NCBI GenBank assembly: GCA_964652345.1
Contig: CAZZBO010000002.1
Location: forward strand, 1 to 61,095
DNA from: an uncultured Candidatus Saccharibacteria bacterium
Lineage (GTDB): Bacteria > Patescibacteriota > UBA1384 > CAZZBO01
Reading direction: 5' to 3'
DNA length: 61,095 bases
This document shows, one piece after another, positions 49,304 to 57,314 of the stretch (within the stretch, counting starts at the first letter, position 1; every line of letters begins with the position of its first letter). Under the pieces are notes generated by a model, which saw only the letters and a program-made list of their open reading frames with translations, made no database searches and was not told the DNA's origin. A program made the translations under genes and the position numbers.

Positions 49304-49655
49304 TATCACAAGAACAATTACATTGGATTGTCAAGATCAAATTTTTGGAAGAACAATTACTGACATAGCTATTAAACTTATGGGTAAAGATAAAGTCGAA
49401 TACCTTCCAAATCTTGATCTGCATACTACTATATATCTGAAAAATTATAAACAGTTTATATTTACAGGTAAAAAGATGCTTTTTAAAAAATACTATAGTC
49501 ATAGTGGATATATAGGCAATTTAAAAGAATGCAACTTAAAAGATTTGTGGATTAAAAATCCAAAATTTGTTATTCAAACTGCAGTTTTGGGAATGTTGCC
49601 AAAAAATCGACTACAATCAAACAGAATAAAAAGATTAAAGTTCATTGAGGATTAA
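49293..49655 (+). CDS. rplM: 50S ribosomal protein L13
   Basis: ATG 49293 (MKNNITRTITLDCQDQIFGR...). YYSHSGYIGNLK and GMLPKNRL motifs. 11-nt overlap with rplQ. Confidence 0.9.
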   Translation: MKNNITRTITLDCQDQIFGRTITDIAIKLMGKDKVEYLPNLDLHTTIYLKNYKQFIFTGKKMLFKKYYSHSGYIGNLKECNLKDLWIKNPKFVIQTAVLGMLPKNRLQSNRIKRLKFIED

Positions 49656-49657
49656 CT

Positions 49658-50023
49658 ATGTCAAAATCATATGTAAGTGTTGGTAGAAGAAAATCAGCAA
49701 TCGCTCAAGTAAAGATTGAGCTTAATAAAATTTCTAAGTTTTGCATAAATAATAAAGATAAAGAAATATTTGACAAACTTAAAAACGTACTAACAATTAC
49801 AGACAAATCTTTTCAAATTTCAGTTATTGCAAAGGGCGGGGGAATTGCATCTCAAAAAGATGCTATAGTCTTGGGTGTGGCGCGATGTTTGGTAAAATAT
49901 GATGAAAACTTAAAACCAAGCCTAAGAAAAAATGGGTATCTCACCAGAGACAAAAGAGAGAAAGAACGAAAAAAACCAGGTCTAAAAGGAGCTCGAAGAG
50001 CACCTCAATGGGCAAAGCGATAA
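49658..50023 (+). CDS. rpsI: 30S ribosomal protein S9
   Basis: 121 aa. GRRKSAIAQV and C-terminal KKPGLKGARRAPQWAKR. Confidence 0.96.
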   Translation: MSKSYVSVGRRKSAIAQVKIELNKISKFCINNKDKEIFDKLKNVLTITDKSFQISVIAKGGGIASQKDAIVLGVARCLVKYDENLKPSLRKNGYLTRDKREKERKKPGLKGARRAPQWAKR

Positions 50024-50032
50024 GAATATAAT

Positions 50033-50365
50033 ATGAAAAATAAAAATCCTAAAAGAACTAATCAAATTAGGTCGCTTATCATACAAGAGGTTGCTAATTA
50101 TTTTAACGAACATTGGCTTGAGTCAAATAATTTTTTATCATTATTTGATGTCATTTTATCTCCCGATCTAGAAGATGCGAATTTTCTTTTCACTGTAAAC
50201 GATGTAATAGAAGATGAACAAAAAATGATAAAAAAAATAAATTCAAAATTGCAAGACTGTCGAAAATTTTTATTTACCCGTCTTGACTTAAAAAAAATGC
50301 CAAAATTTAATGTAATATTATCGGATAATAAAGCATTTGAAGGATTTAAAGATGAAATTATTTAA
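50033..50365 (+). CDS. rbfA: ribosome-binding factor A-like protein
   Basis: 110 aa. RTNQIRSLIIQEVANYF..., FDVILSPDLEDANFLFTV, and LDLKKMPKFNVILSDN. This is the RbfA KH-like pattern as I recall it. Confidence 0.7.
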   Translation: MKNKNPKRTNQIRSLIIQEVANYFNEHWLESNNFLSLFDVILSPDLEDANFLFTVNDVIEDEQKMIKKINSKLQDCRKFLFTRLDLKKMPKFNVILSDNKAFEGFKDEII

Positions 50366-50759
50366 CTTAAGATCAATTTTATTTAGTATCTTTACACTCT
50401 CTGTTTCAATGTTTACTCTTTGGCTATATATATTGTTTAATTTTAATCCATTTGATTCAAACTATTTAATATTAACAGCTTTTTATTTAACATTATTTTT
50501 TACACTAGGTGGTTTGTTTTATTTTTTAATTTATTCCCTAAAATTAAATATTTCCAACAATGAAGTAATTTATAAGCTTGTAGCTCCTTGTTTAAGACAA
50601 GGATATATACTTAGTTTTATTTTTGTGATATCCTTAATATTAAAAGGATTAAATATATTCAACTTCTTCGAATTTATAATTATTTGTATTATTGGAGGAG
50701 TTATTGAATTATATTTCAGATCAAAAAATGACGACAGGAAGTTACCATCCAATAACTAG
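50352..50759 (+). CDS. small polytopic membrane protein (hypothetical)
   Basis: About 135 aa with four hydrophobic helices. The start is ambiguous between ATG 50352 and TTG 50337. The 3' end overlaps the pheS start region in another frame. Confidence 0.5.
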   Translation: MKLFNLRSILFSIFTLSVSMFTLWLYILFNFNPFDSNYLILTAFYLTLFFTLGGLFYFLIYSLKLNISNNEVIYKLVAPCLRQGYILSFIFVISLILKGLNIFNFFEFIIICIIGGVIELYFRSKNDDRKLPSNN

Positions 50760-51411
50760 ATTTTACATAGAGGCTTTAGAAATATTTTCTAAATGGGGGT
50801 TTGAACCGATCGAAGGGCCTGAACTCGACAATCAATTGTTTAATTTTGATATGTTAAGAATACCGAAGCACCACCCCGCAAGAGATCTTCAAGATACTTT
50901 TTGGATAGATGATGACAATTTACTCAGAACTCAAACCTCAAATGTTCAAATTAGATCAATGCAGACTCGCAAACCTCCTGTGAGATTAATTTCACCAGGA
51001 AGAGTATTCAGAAAAGAAGCGATTGATGCATCACACTTGCCCCTTTTTCATCAAATGGAAGGATTTGTGATTGATAAAAATATAAATTTGGGTCACTTAA
51101 TTTCAATATTAACTGATTTTACAAAATCTTATCTGAATAAAGATACTAAAATAAGATTTAGACCAAATTATTATCCTTTTGTTGAACCAGGATTGGATAT
51201 GGACATTTACTTTAATGGCAGATGGATGGAAATATTAGGTTCGGGTATGATTCACAACGAAGTTTTGAAAAATATGAATATTGATCCTAAATTATTTTCT
51301 GGTTTTGCATTTGGATTAGGAGTAGAAAGAATGGTGATGATAAAATATAAAATCATGGACATCAGAAAATTTTATCAAAATGATTATAGATTATTAAAAC
51401 AAATGAAATGA
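50728..51411 (+). CDS. pheS: phenylalanine--tRNA ligase alpha subunit, catalytic core only
   Basis: Class II motifs HHPARDLQDTF, RVFRKE and GFAFGLGVERM. ATG 50728 (MTTGSYHPIT) or TTG 50692. 227-239 aa. Confidence 0.88.
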   Translation: MTTGSYHPITRFYIEALEIFSKWGFEPIEGPELDNQLFNFDMLRIPKHHPARDLQDTFWIDDDNLLRTQTSNVQIRSMQTRKPPVRLISPGRVFRKEAIDASHLPLFHQMEGFVIDKNINLGHLISILTDFTKSYLNKDTKIRFRPNYYPFVEPGLDMDIYFNGRWMEILGSGMIHNEVLKNMNIDPKLFSGFAFGLGVERMVMIKYKIMDIRKFYQNDYRLLKQMK

Positions 51412-53612
51412 AGTTACTTGTTAAACACCTAGAAAAATTTTTGAATAAAAAAATTAAACCTATGAAGATTGAAGAAGCTTTAATAAAGCTTGGAGTTGAA
51501 GTTGAACAGTCTCATATTTATGATTTTGACAATATAATCGTCGTAAAAATTATTGATATCAGTCCACATCCGAACGCTGATAAACTAAAAATTGTAACTG
51601 TAAATGATAGTAAAAATGATATAAAAATAGTATGTGGAGCAGATAATATAAAAATAGATCAAAAAGTTCCCTTAGCAAAAATAAATACAACTCTTGATCA
51701 AATAGTTATCTCTAGAGCTAATATCAGGGGAGTGCAATCAGACGGGATGCTTTGCAGTGAAAAAGAATTAAATATCAGCACGGAAGGTTCAGGAATAATG
51801 ATACTTGATTCAAGATTTAATTTAGGTGAAGAATTATCAAATTATTATATTGATACTTCTTGGTTCGATGTTACAATTACGCCAAATAGACCTGATTGGT
51901 ATTCCGCCTTAGGAATCGCAAGGGAACTGGGAGCATACTTTAATAATAAAATAAATAAACTTGAGAAAGTTAATAAAATTCCCAAAAATATATATTTTCA
52001 AGATAAAACACTGGGAGATAATTATTTATTAATAAAAATTGAAGGTGCGGACAAGTTTCCAGTTGACGAAGAAATATTAAGAGATCTCAAAATTTTTGGT
52101 ATCAACCCTAAAAATAACTTTATAATTGATTTTACAAACTGGGCCACATTTTTATATGGCCAACCTATGCATGCATTTGATGCAGATAAGATCAAGGGAG
52201 ATATCTTTGTAAGATATGCAAAAGATAAAGAACAAATCATATTAATAGACGGTACAAAATTAAAATTATCCAAATCAGATATTGTAGTTGCAGATGAAAA
52301 AGAAGCGATAGCTTTAGCAGGTATCATGGGAGGAAAAAATACAGCTTGCACAAATAGTACAAAAAATGTCTATCTCGAACTTGCTAGTTTTAATCATCAA
52401 CTTATTAGAAAATCAGTGGTTGATCATAAGCTAAATTCAGAAGCGTCGATCAGATTTGAAAAGGGAATAGACCCAAACCTACCAATTGATATTGCAAAAG
52501 ATGTTATAAATACTTTATCTCGAAATAATCATATAAAGATTTCTCTAAAAGGTTGCGAGCATAAAAAGGAAATTAAAAAAATCAACTTTGATAAAAAGTA
52601 CGTCAAAAAAATATGTAATTTAGATATTTCAAATGATGAGATTGATAAAATTTTACAAAATTTAGGATACATAAATACCTCAAACAACCAGTATATTGTT
52701 CCTAGTTGGCGTTTTGATATATCAAGGGAGGATAATGCGCAAGCAGAAATAGCCGAAGATATATTGAGAATTTACGGCTTAGAAAATGTTAAAATTGAAA
52801 AACTGTCAAATATTCAAAAATCAATAAATAAAGATAATTTTTTTCAAAAATTGAATTTAAAAACCCGCTTAATAGAAAATGGATTCAATGAAACTATGTC
52901 TATGAGCTTTGGTCTAAAAGAAGATAATATCGTATTCTATCCCTCTAAGGCAAATTCGTTTTTAAAGGTAAAAAACCCATTATCAAAAGAAATGGAATTT
53001 TTAAGATTTACTCTTTTATCTGGATTGTTTAAGACAGTTAGACAAAACCCTTCTTTTCATACTCACCAAATATTTGAAATAGGAACCATATTTACTAACA
53101 ACAATAAATCCATAGAAAAAATTGCGGCATTGTTTACAGGCGATAAACTAGACAAGGTTAAAAAAATGTTAACTCAATTAAAACTTAATGTAGAAATAAA
53201 AAAAGCAAGCGATGATATCTTAAATCATTTCGATATAAAAATAAAAAATTTATTTTATTTTGAGACAAAAATATCTGAATTAAAAAATTTAAAATCAAAA
53301 AATATCAAATTAAATAAAAATTTAAAATTTGTTGATTATGGTAAATTTTCCGCTACAGTTAAAGATGTTTCATTTTGGATAAGCCCAAAATACCAGGAAG
53401 CCACAATATTAAAAGAAATATCGCATCTGGATGATAGAATCATAGTTGTAGAAAAATTCGATCGTTATATAGACTTAAAAACAAATAAGACTGCTCTTGG
53501 AGTAAGAATTATTCTAGACCAAAAAGACAAACCATTTAAAGAAAAGGATATTTCTAATATTCTCAATAAAGTATATAATTATCTCAAAGTAAACAAAATG
53601 GATATAAGATGA
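51408..53612 (+). CDS. pheT: phenylalanine--tRNA ligase beta subunit
   Basis: 734 aa. N-terminal tRNA-binding domain (ISPHPNADKLKIVTV...GVQSDGMLCS), B3/4 and B5 regions, and a C-terminal FDX-ACB-like domain. ATGA overlap with pheS. Confidence 0.94.
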   Translation: MKLLVKHLEKFLNKKIKPMKIEEALIKLGVEVEQSHIYDFDNIIVVKIIDISPHPNADKLKIVTVNDSKNDIKIVCGADNIKIDQKVPLAKINTTLDQIVISRANIRGVQSDGMLCSEKELNISTEGSGIMILDSRFNLGEELSNYYIDTSWFDVTITPNRPDWYSALGIARELGAYFNNKINKLEKVNKIPKNIYFQDKTLGDNYLLIKIEGADKFPVDEEILRDLKIFGINPKNNFIIDFTNWATFLYGQPMHAFDADKIKGDIFVRYAKDKEQIILIDGTKLKLSKSDIVVADEKEAIALAGIMGGKNTACTNSTKNVYLELASFNHQLIRKSVVDHKLNSEASIRFEKGIDPNLPIDIAKDVINTLSRNNHIKISLKGCEHKKEIKKINFDKKYVKKICNLDISNDEIDKILQNLGYINTSNNQYIVPSWRFDISREDNAQAEIAEDILRIYGLENVKIEKLSNIQKSINKDNFFQKLNLKTRLIENGFNETMSMSFGLKEDNIVFYPSKANSFLKVKNPLSKEMEFLRFTLLSGLFKTVRQNPSFHTHQIFEIGTIFTNNNKSIEKIAALFTGDKLDKVKKMLTQLKLNVEIKKASDDILNHFDIKIKNLFYFETKISELKNLKSKNIKLNKNLKFVDYGKFSATVKDVSFWISPKYQEATILKEISHLDDRIIVVEKFDRYIDLKTNKTALGVRIILDQKDKPFKEKDISNILNKVYNYLKVNKMDIR

Positions 53613-55012
53613 AAAGAATATTTGCAAACGAAGCAGAAAGCTATATTGGTAAAGAAATTTTTATTAGTGGCTGGATTAAAAGTAGGAGAGACCATGGGAA
53701 GCTGTTATTTATTGATATAAAAGATGTTACGGGTATTATTCAAGTAGTAATTTTACCGGGAACAATTCAAGAAGATGAAAAAAAGGATTTAAAAATAGAA
53801 ACAGCTATTAGTATTATCGGGGAAGTACAAAAAAGACCTGAAAAATTAATAAACAATGAGATTGTCTCTGGAAAGATCGAACTGAAAGCTACACAAATAA
53901 AATATTTAGGCAAGACCAACGATTTGCCATTTGAATTAAATCAAGACACCATATCTGTCAATGAAACTAAAAGATTAAAGTACCGATACTTAGACTTAAG
54001 ATCTGAAAGAATGCAAAATAATCTTAAGAATCGACACAAGATCAATCAATTTATTAGAAATTACCTTACAAATGAAGGATTTATAGAAATTGAAACTCCT
54101 CTTCTCACAAAATCAACCCCAGAAGGAGCAAGAGATTATATCGTGCCTTCGCGAGTATTTAAAAATAAATTTTATGCGCTACCTCAATCTCCACAACAAT
54201 ACAAGCAATTATTGATGGTATCATCTTTTGAAAAATATTTTCAAATAGTTAGATGTTTCAGAGATGAAGATCAAAGAGCTGATAGACAGCCGGAATTTTC
54301 ACAATTAGATATAGAATTGTCCTTTGTAAATGAAAATGACATCTTAGAATTGGTTGAAAAAATGATCATCAATTTAGTCATAAAGCTACTACCTAATAAA
54401 AAAATTACTCTAAAACCGTTTCCCAGAATAAATTATGATGATTCGATAAAAAACTACAACTCAGATAGACCAGATTTACGAAAAAATAAAAATGATAACA
54501 ATGAACTATCGTTCGCTTGGGTTGTAAACTTTCCATTGTTTGAATATAAAAAAGGTGATAACAGATGGGGAATGGCACATAATCCTTTTACATCTCCAGC
54601 AGATGAATATGTTTCTGAATTATTTAAAAAAAGTCCTGACTTGAAAAATATTAAGGCAAAACAATATGACTTAGTATTAAATGGAGTAGAAATATTCGGA
54701 GGTAGCATACGAACCGTTGATCCTAAAATTTTAAGCAGAGTATTTGAACTGGTCGGAAATTCAATTTCTGAAACAAATAAAAATTTCGCACATATGTTAG
54801 AAGCTTTTAATTTTGGAGTCCCTCCACATGGGGGGATAGCATGTGGATTAGACAGATTAATAGCAATCTTATGCAACCAAAGTAGCATAAGAGAAGTCAT
54901 TGCTTTTCCTAAAATGGCAGACGGATATGATCCCATGATGGATTCGCCATCTGATATTTCTTCATCACAACTTAAAGAATTAAAACTTAGGTTAGATGAA
55001 AACAAGAATTAA
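53609..55012 (+). CDS. aspS: aspartate--tRNA ligase, bacterial-type core without the insertion domain
   Basis: 467 aa. OB-fold N-terminus. Motif 2 is CFRDEDQRADRQPEFSQLDIELSF; motif 3 is GGIACGLDRL. Confidence 0.93.
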   Translation: MKRIFANEAESYIGKEIFISGWIKSRRDHGKLLFIDIKDVTGIIQVVILPGTIQEDEKKDLKIETAISIIGEVQKRPEKLINNEIVSGKIELKATQIKYLGKTNDLPFELNQDTISVNETKRLKYRYLDLRSERMQNNLKNRHKINQFIRNYLTNEGFIEIETPLLTKSTPEGARDYIVPSRVFKNKFYALPQSPQQYKQLLMVSSFEKYFQIVRCFRDEDQRADRQPEFSQLDIELSFVNENDILELVEKMIINLVIKLLPNKKITLKPFPRINYDDSIKNYNSDRPDLRKNKNDNNELSFAWVVNFPLFEYKKGDNRWGMAHNPFTSPADEYVSELFKKSPDLKNIKAKQYDLVLNGVEIFGGSIRTVDPKILSRVFELVGNSISETNKNFAHMLEAFNFGVPPHGGIACGLDRLIAILCNQSSIREVIAFPKMADGYDPMMDSPSDISSSQLKELKLRLDENKN

Positions 55013-55970
55013 CTTACATACCGATTATAAATATTTTTTTTATTTTATATTTTTGATTTTAATTATCATAATTTGTTGGATGATGTATCTTAAAAAAAAT
55101 AATCTTAATTCTGTTGATTATGTTAACGCAATAGAATTACCACAAGAGAATTCAAAACAATTAACTAAACCATATCGGATTGATTCAAAACCAAACATAT
55201 ATGCTGAATCCGCAATATTGATTGACGCTGATTCAAAATATACTCTATATCAAAAAAATAGCACCACTCCTAAACCAATAGCTTCAACCACAAAGCTAAT
55301 TACCAGTATAGTAGCAATTGAAAATTTCAACCTCACAGATATATTAACAGTTGATGATAAATCAGCTTCAATTAATGGTTCGCAGATGAATTTGATCAAA
55401 GAAGAAAATATCACAGTCAAGGATTTATTGAAGGGATTACTTGTTGTTTCAGGAAATGACGCAGCTTACACATTAGCTAATAGTTTTAACAAAGGAGAAA
55501 AAAAAGGATTCGATGCTTTTGTGGAAGAAATGAATAACAAAGCAAGATCTTTAAATTTAAAAAATGCTCATTTTACCGATCCTGCAGGATTAGATGATAG
55601 TGCTGAAACATCTGCAAAAGATTTAGCAATAATAGCAGATGAATTTTTAAAAAATGATCAATTACTAAAAATTGTTAAAATAAGCGAAGAGGTTGTATAT
55701 GATACTAAAAAAACTACCAAGCATACTCTAAAAAATTCAAATAGATTGGTTTTGCCAAACGAAAAATTATATATGCCTGAAGCATTAGGAATAAAAACCG
55801 GATTTACAGGAGAAGCGGGACACTGCTTGGTTTCCGCGATAGAATACAAAAATCACCGATTAATTTCCGTAATATTAAATACTAATAGTTCTACTCCACC
55901 TGCGTCTGCTGAAGAGTCATACAAGTTATTACAATGGGGGAAAAATCAAATTGACTTAATTGAAAATTAA
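54996..55970 (+). CDS. serine-type D-Ala-D-Ala carboxypeptidase (PBP5/S11-like)
   Basis: 324 aa. N-terminal TM helix. SxxK (IASTTKLIT), SxN (VSGNDAA) and KTG (IKTGFTGEAG). Confidence 0.88.
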   Translation: MKTRINLHTDYKYFFYFIFLILIIIICWMMYLKKNNLNSVDYVNAIELPQENSKQLTKPYRIDSKPNIYAESAILIDADSKYTLYQKNSTTPKPIASTTKLITSIVAIENFNLTDILTVDDKSASINGSQMNLIKEENITVKDLLKGLLVVSGNDAAYTLANSFNKGEKKGFDAFVEEMNNKARSLNLKNAHFTDPAGLDDSAETSAKDLAIIADEFLKNDQLLKIVKISEEVVYDTKKTTKHTLKNSNRLVLPNEKLYMPEALGIKTGFTGEAGHCLVSAIEYKNHRLISVILNTNSSTPPASAEESYKLLQWGKNQIDLIEN

Positions 55971-55972
55971 CA

Positions 55973-56659
55973 TTATCTATGAATAAGTTCGAGAGCGTTT
56001 AAAGCGGCATTTTGTTCGGCTCTTTGCTTTGATGAACCGATTCCCTCTGCTAATTTTTTTTGACCTACATATACTGCGCATATAAACTCTTTATTATGAT
56101 CAGGCCCCGATTCTGAAACCAGTTGATATACAGGAGTAATTGAATGTTTTTCCTGCATAATTTCTTGGAGCTTGCTTTTTGAGTCAATATATAATTCTTC
56201 TTTAATAATTTGGTCTAACTTTGTTATTAAATTATCTTCAATGAATTTTTTTACATTTTCATATCCACTGTCTAAATATATTGCCCCTATAAATGCTTCG
56301 AAAGCATTGGCTAATATATATCGTCTCGATTTTTCAATAGATTTCGCTTCGCCTTTCGACATTTTTAATAGTGGCTCAAAATCAAGTTCGGTGGCTATGC
56401 TTGAGAGCATCTTGCCGTTTACTAAAGCAGATCTCCAGTTTGTCAAAATACCTTCTGATTCTTGGTAATTTTTATATAAATATTCAGTAACCACAAGTTC
56501 TAATACGGCATCGCCTAAAAATTCCATTCGTTCATTATGCTCAAGAGCCACTGTTCTATTCTCATTTAGAAAACTTCTATGAGTGAATGCGACATCAAAT
56601 AATTCCTCATTTAGTATTGAAAATCCCAATACTTTTTCCAAGCTCTGTTTATTTATCAT
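55973..56659 (-). CDS. rnc: ribonuclease III
   Basis: Signature ERMEFLGDAVLEL and a C-terminal dsRBD (GSSKQRAEQNAALNALE). I prefer ATG 56659, preceded by AGAGGTGG, over the track's 56698. Confidence 0.93.
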   Translation of the reverse strand: MINKQSLEKVLGFSILNEELFDVAFTHRSFLNENRTVALEHNERMEFLGDAVLELVVTEYLYKNYQESEGILTNWRSALVNGKMLSSIATELDFEPLLKMSKGEAKSIEKSRRYILANAFEAFIGAIYLDSGYENVKKFIEDNLITKLDQIIKEELYIDSKSKLQEIMQEKHSITPVYQLVSESGPDHNKEFICAVYVGQKKLAEGIGSSKQRAEQNAALNALELIHR

Positions 56660-57101
56660 TTTTTTCCACCTCTTTGTCTTTTTCTTCCCTTGAATCATAC
56701 CTATCTGATTTTCTATACAATGTTCCTAACACACCGTTTATAAACTTTGAAGAATTTTCTCCACCATAAGTTTTTCCTAGTTCAACGGCTTCATTAATAG
56801 TAACTTTTGGAGGAATATCTTCTCGGTATAAGAGTTCATACAAAGCAATCCTTAAAATAGTTTTATCAATAACAGAGATTTGTTCTATAGGCCACTCGGG
56901 AGCAGCTCTTGCTATCATATCGTCAAGCTTATCAATCTTTTTGATTGATCCCTCTAGTAAACTTTTTATAAAATCTTTATCTGCGTCGGGTTCGACATTT
57001 ACTATTATTCTTTTAGCAATCTCCCAAGGATGTTCTTTTCTTCTAAAGTCCCACTCATAAAGAGATTGCATTGCAATAGTACGAGATAGATGCCTATTCA
57101 T
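56649..57101 (-). CDS. nusB: transcription antitermination factor NusB
   Basis: 150 aa. RTIAMQSLYEWDF..., ILRIALYELLY and INEAVELGKTYG. Confidence 0.9.
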   Translation of the reverse strand: MNRHLSRTIAMQSLYEWDFRRKEHPWEIAKRIIVNVEPDADKDFIKSLLEGSIKKIDKLDDMIARAAPEWPIEQISVIDKTILRIALYELLYREDIPPKVTINEAVELGKTYGGENSSKFINGVLGTLYRKSDRYDSREEKDKEVEKNDK

Positions 57102-57103
57102 TA

Positions 57104-57292
57104 TTATGATTTAATTTCATTTTGTTTTAATACTTGCTTTCCTTTATAATAACCGCATGATTTGCAAACTGTATGGGACTGAATGTGTCCTTTACAGTTT
57201 GGACAAACTCCTAAAGCTGGTTTTGATATCTTTAGATGACTTCTACGATTACCGGAACGAGTACTCGTCAAACGTTTCTTTGGTTCTGCCAT
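57104..57292 (-). CDS. rpmF: 50S ribosomal protein L32 (zinc-ribbon form)
   Basis: ATG 57292 gives MAEPKKRLTSTRSGNRRSH. Zinc ribbon CPNC...CKSC. AAAGGAAA lies upstream. Confidence 0.92.
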   Translation of the reverse strand: MAEPKKRLTSTRSGNRRSHLKISKPALGVCPNCKGHIQSHTVCKSCGYYKGKQVLKQNEIKS

Positions 57293-57314
57293 ATTATTTC
57301 CTTTCAATAATATA

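Noticed and set aside
50692-50759. Programmed or artefactual frameshift at the A6 run (50723-50728), fusing the membrane ORF to PheS to give a membrane-anchored PheS.
   Set aside because: The required shift is +1 on a sequence that is not a known +1 site, and a -1 shift would hit TGA immediately. An independent ATG/TTG start for pheS is simpler. A sequencing indel in the homopolymer cannot be excluded without reads.
54454-55005. 183-aa minus-strand ORF antisense to aspS. The same applies to other antisense or off-frame track ORFs, such as 20657-21034, 22933-23304, 33437-33775, 52022-52351 and 188-478.
   Set aside because: All lie inside well-supported conserved genes on the other strand or frame, and their translations have no recognisable features. 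They are treated as shadow ORFs.
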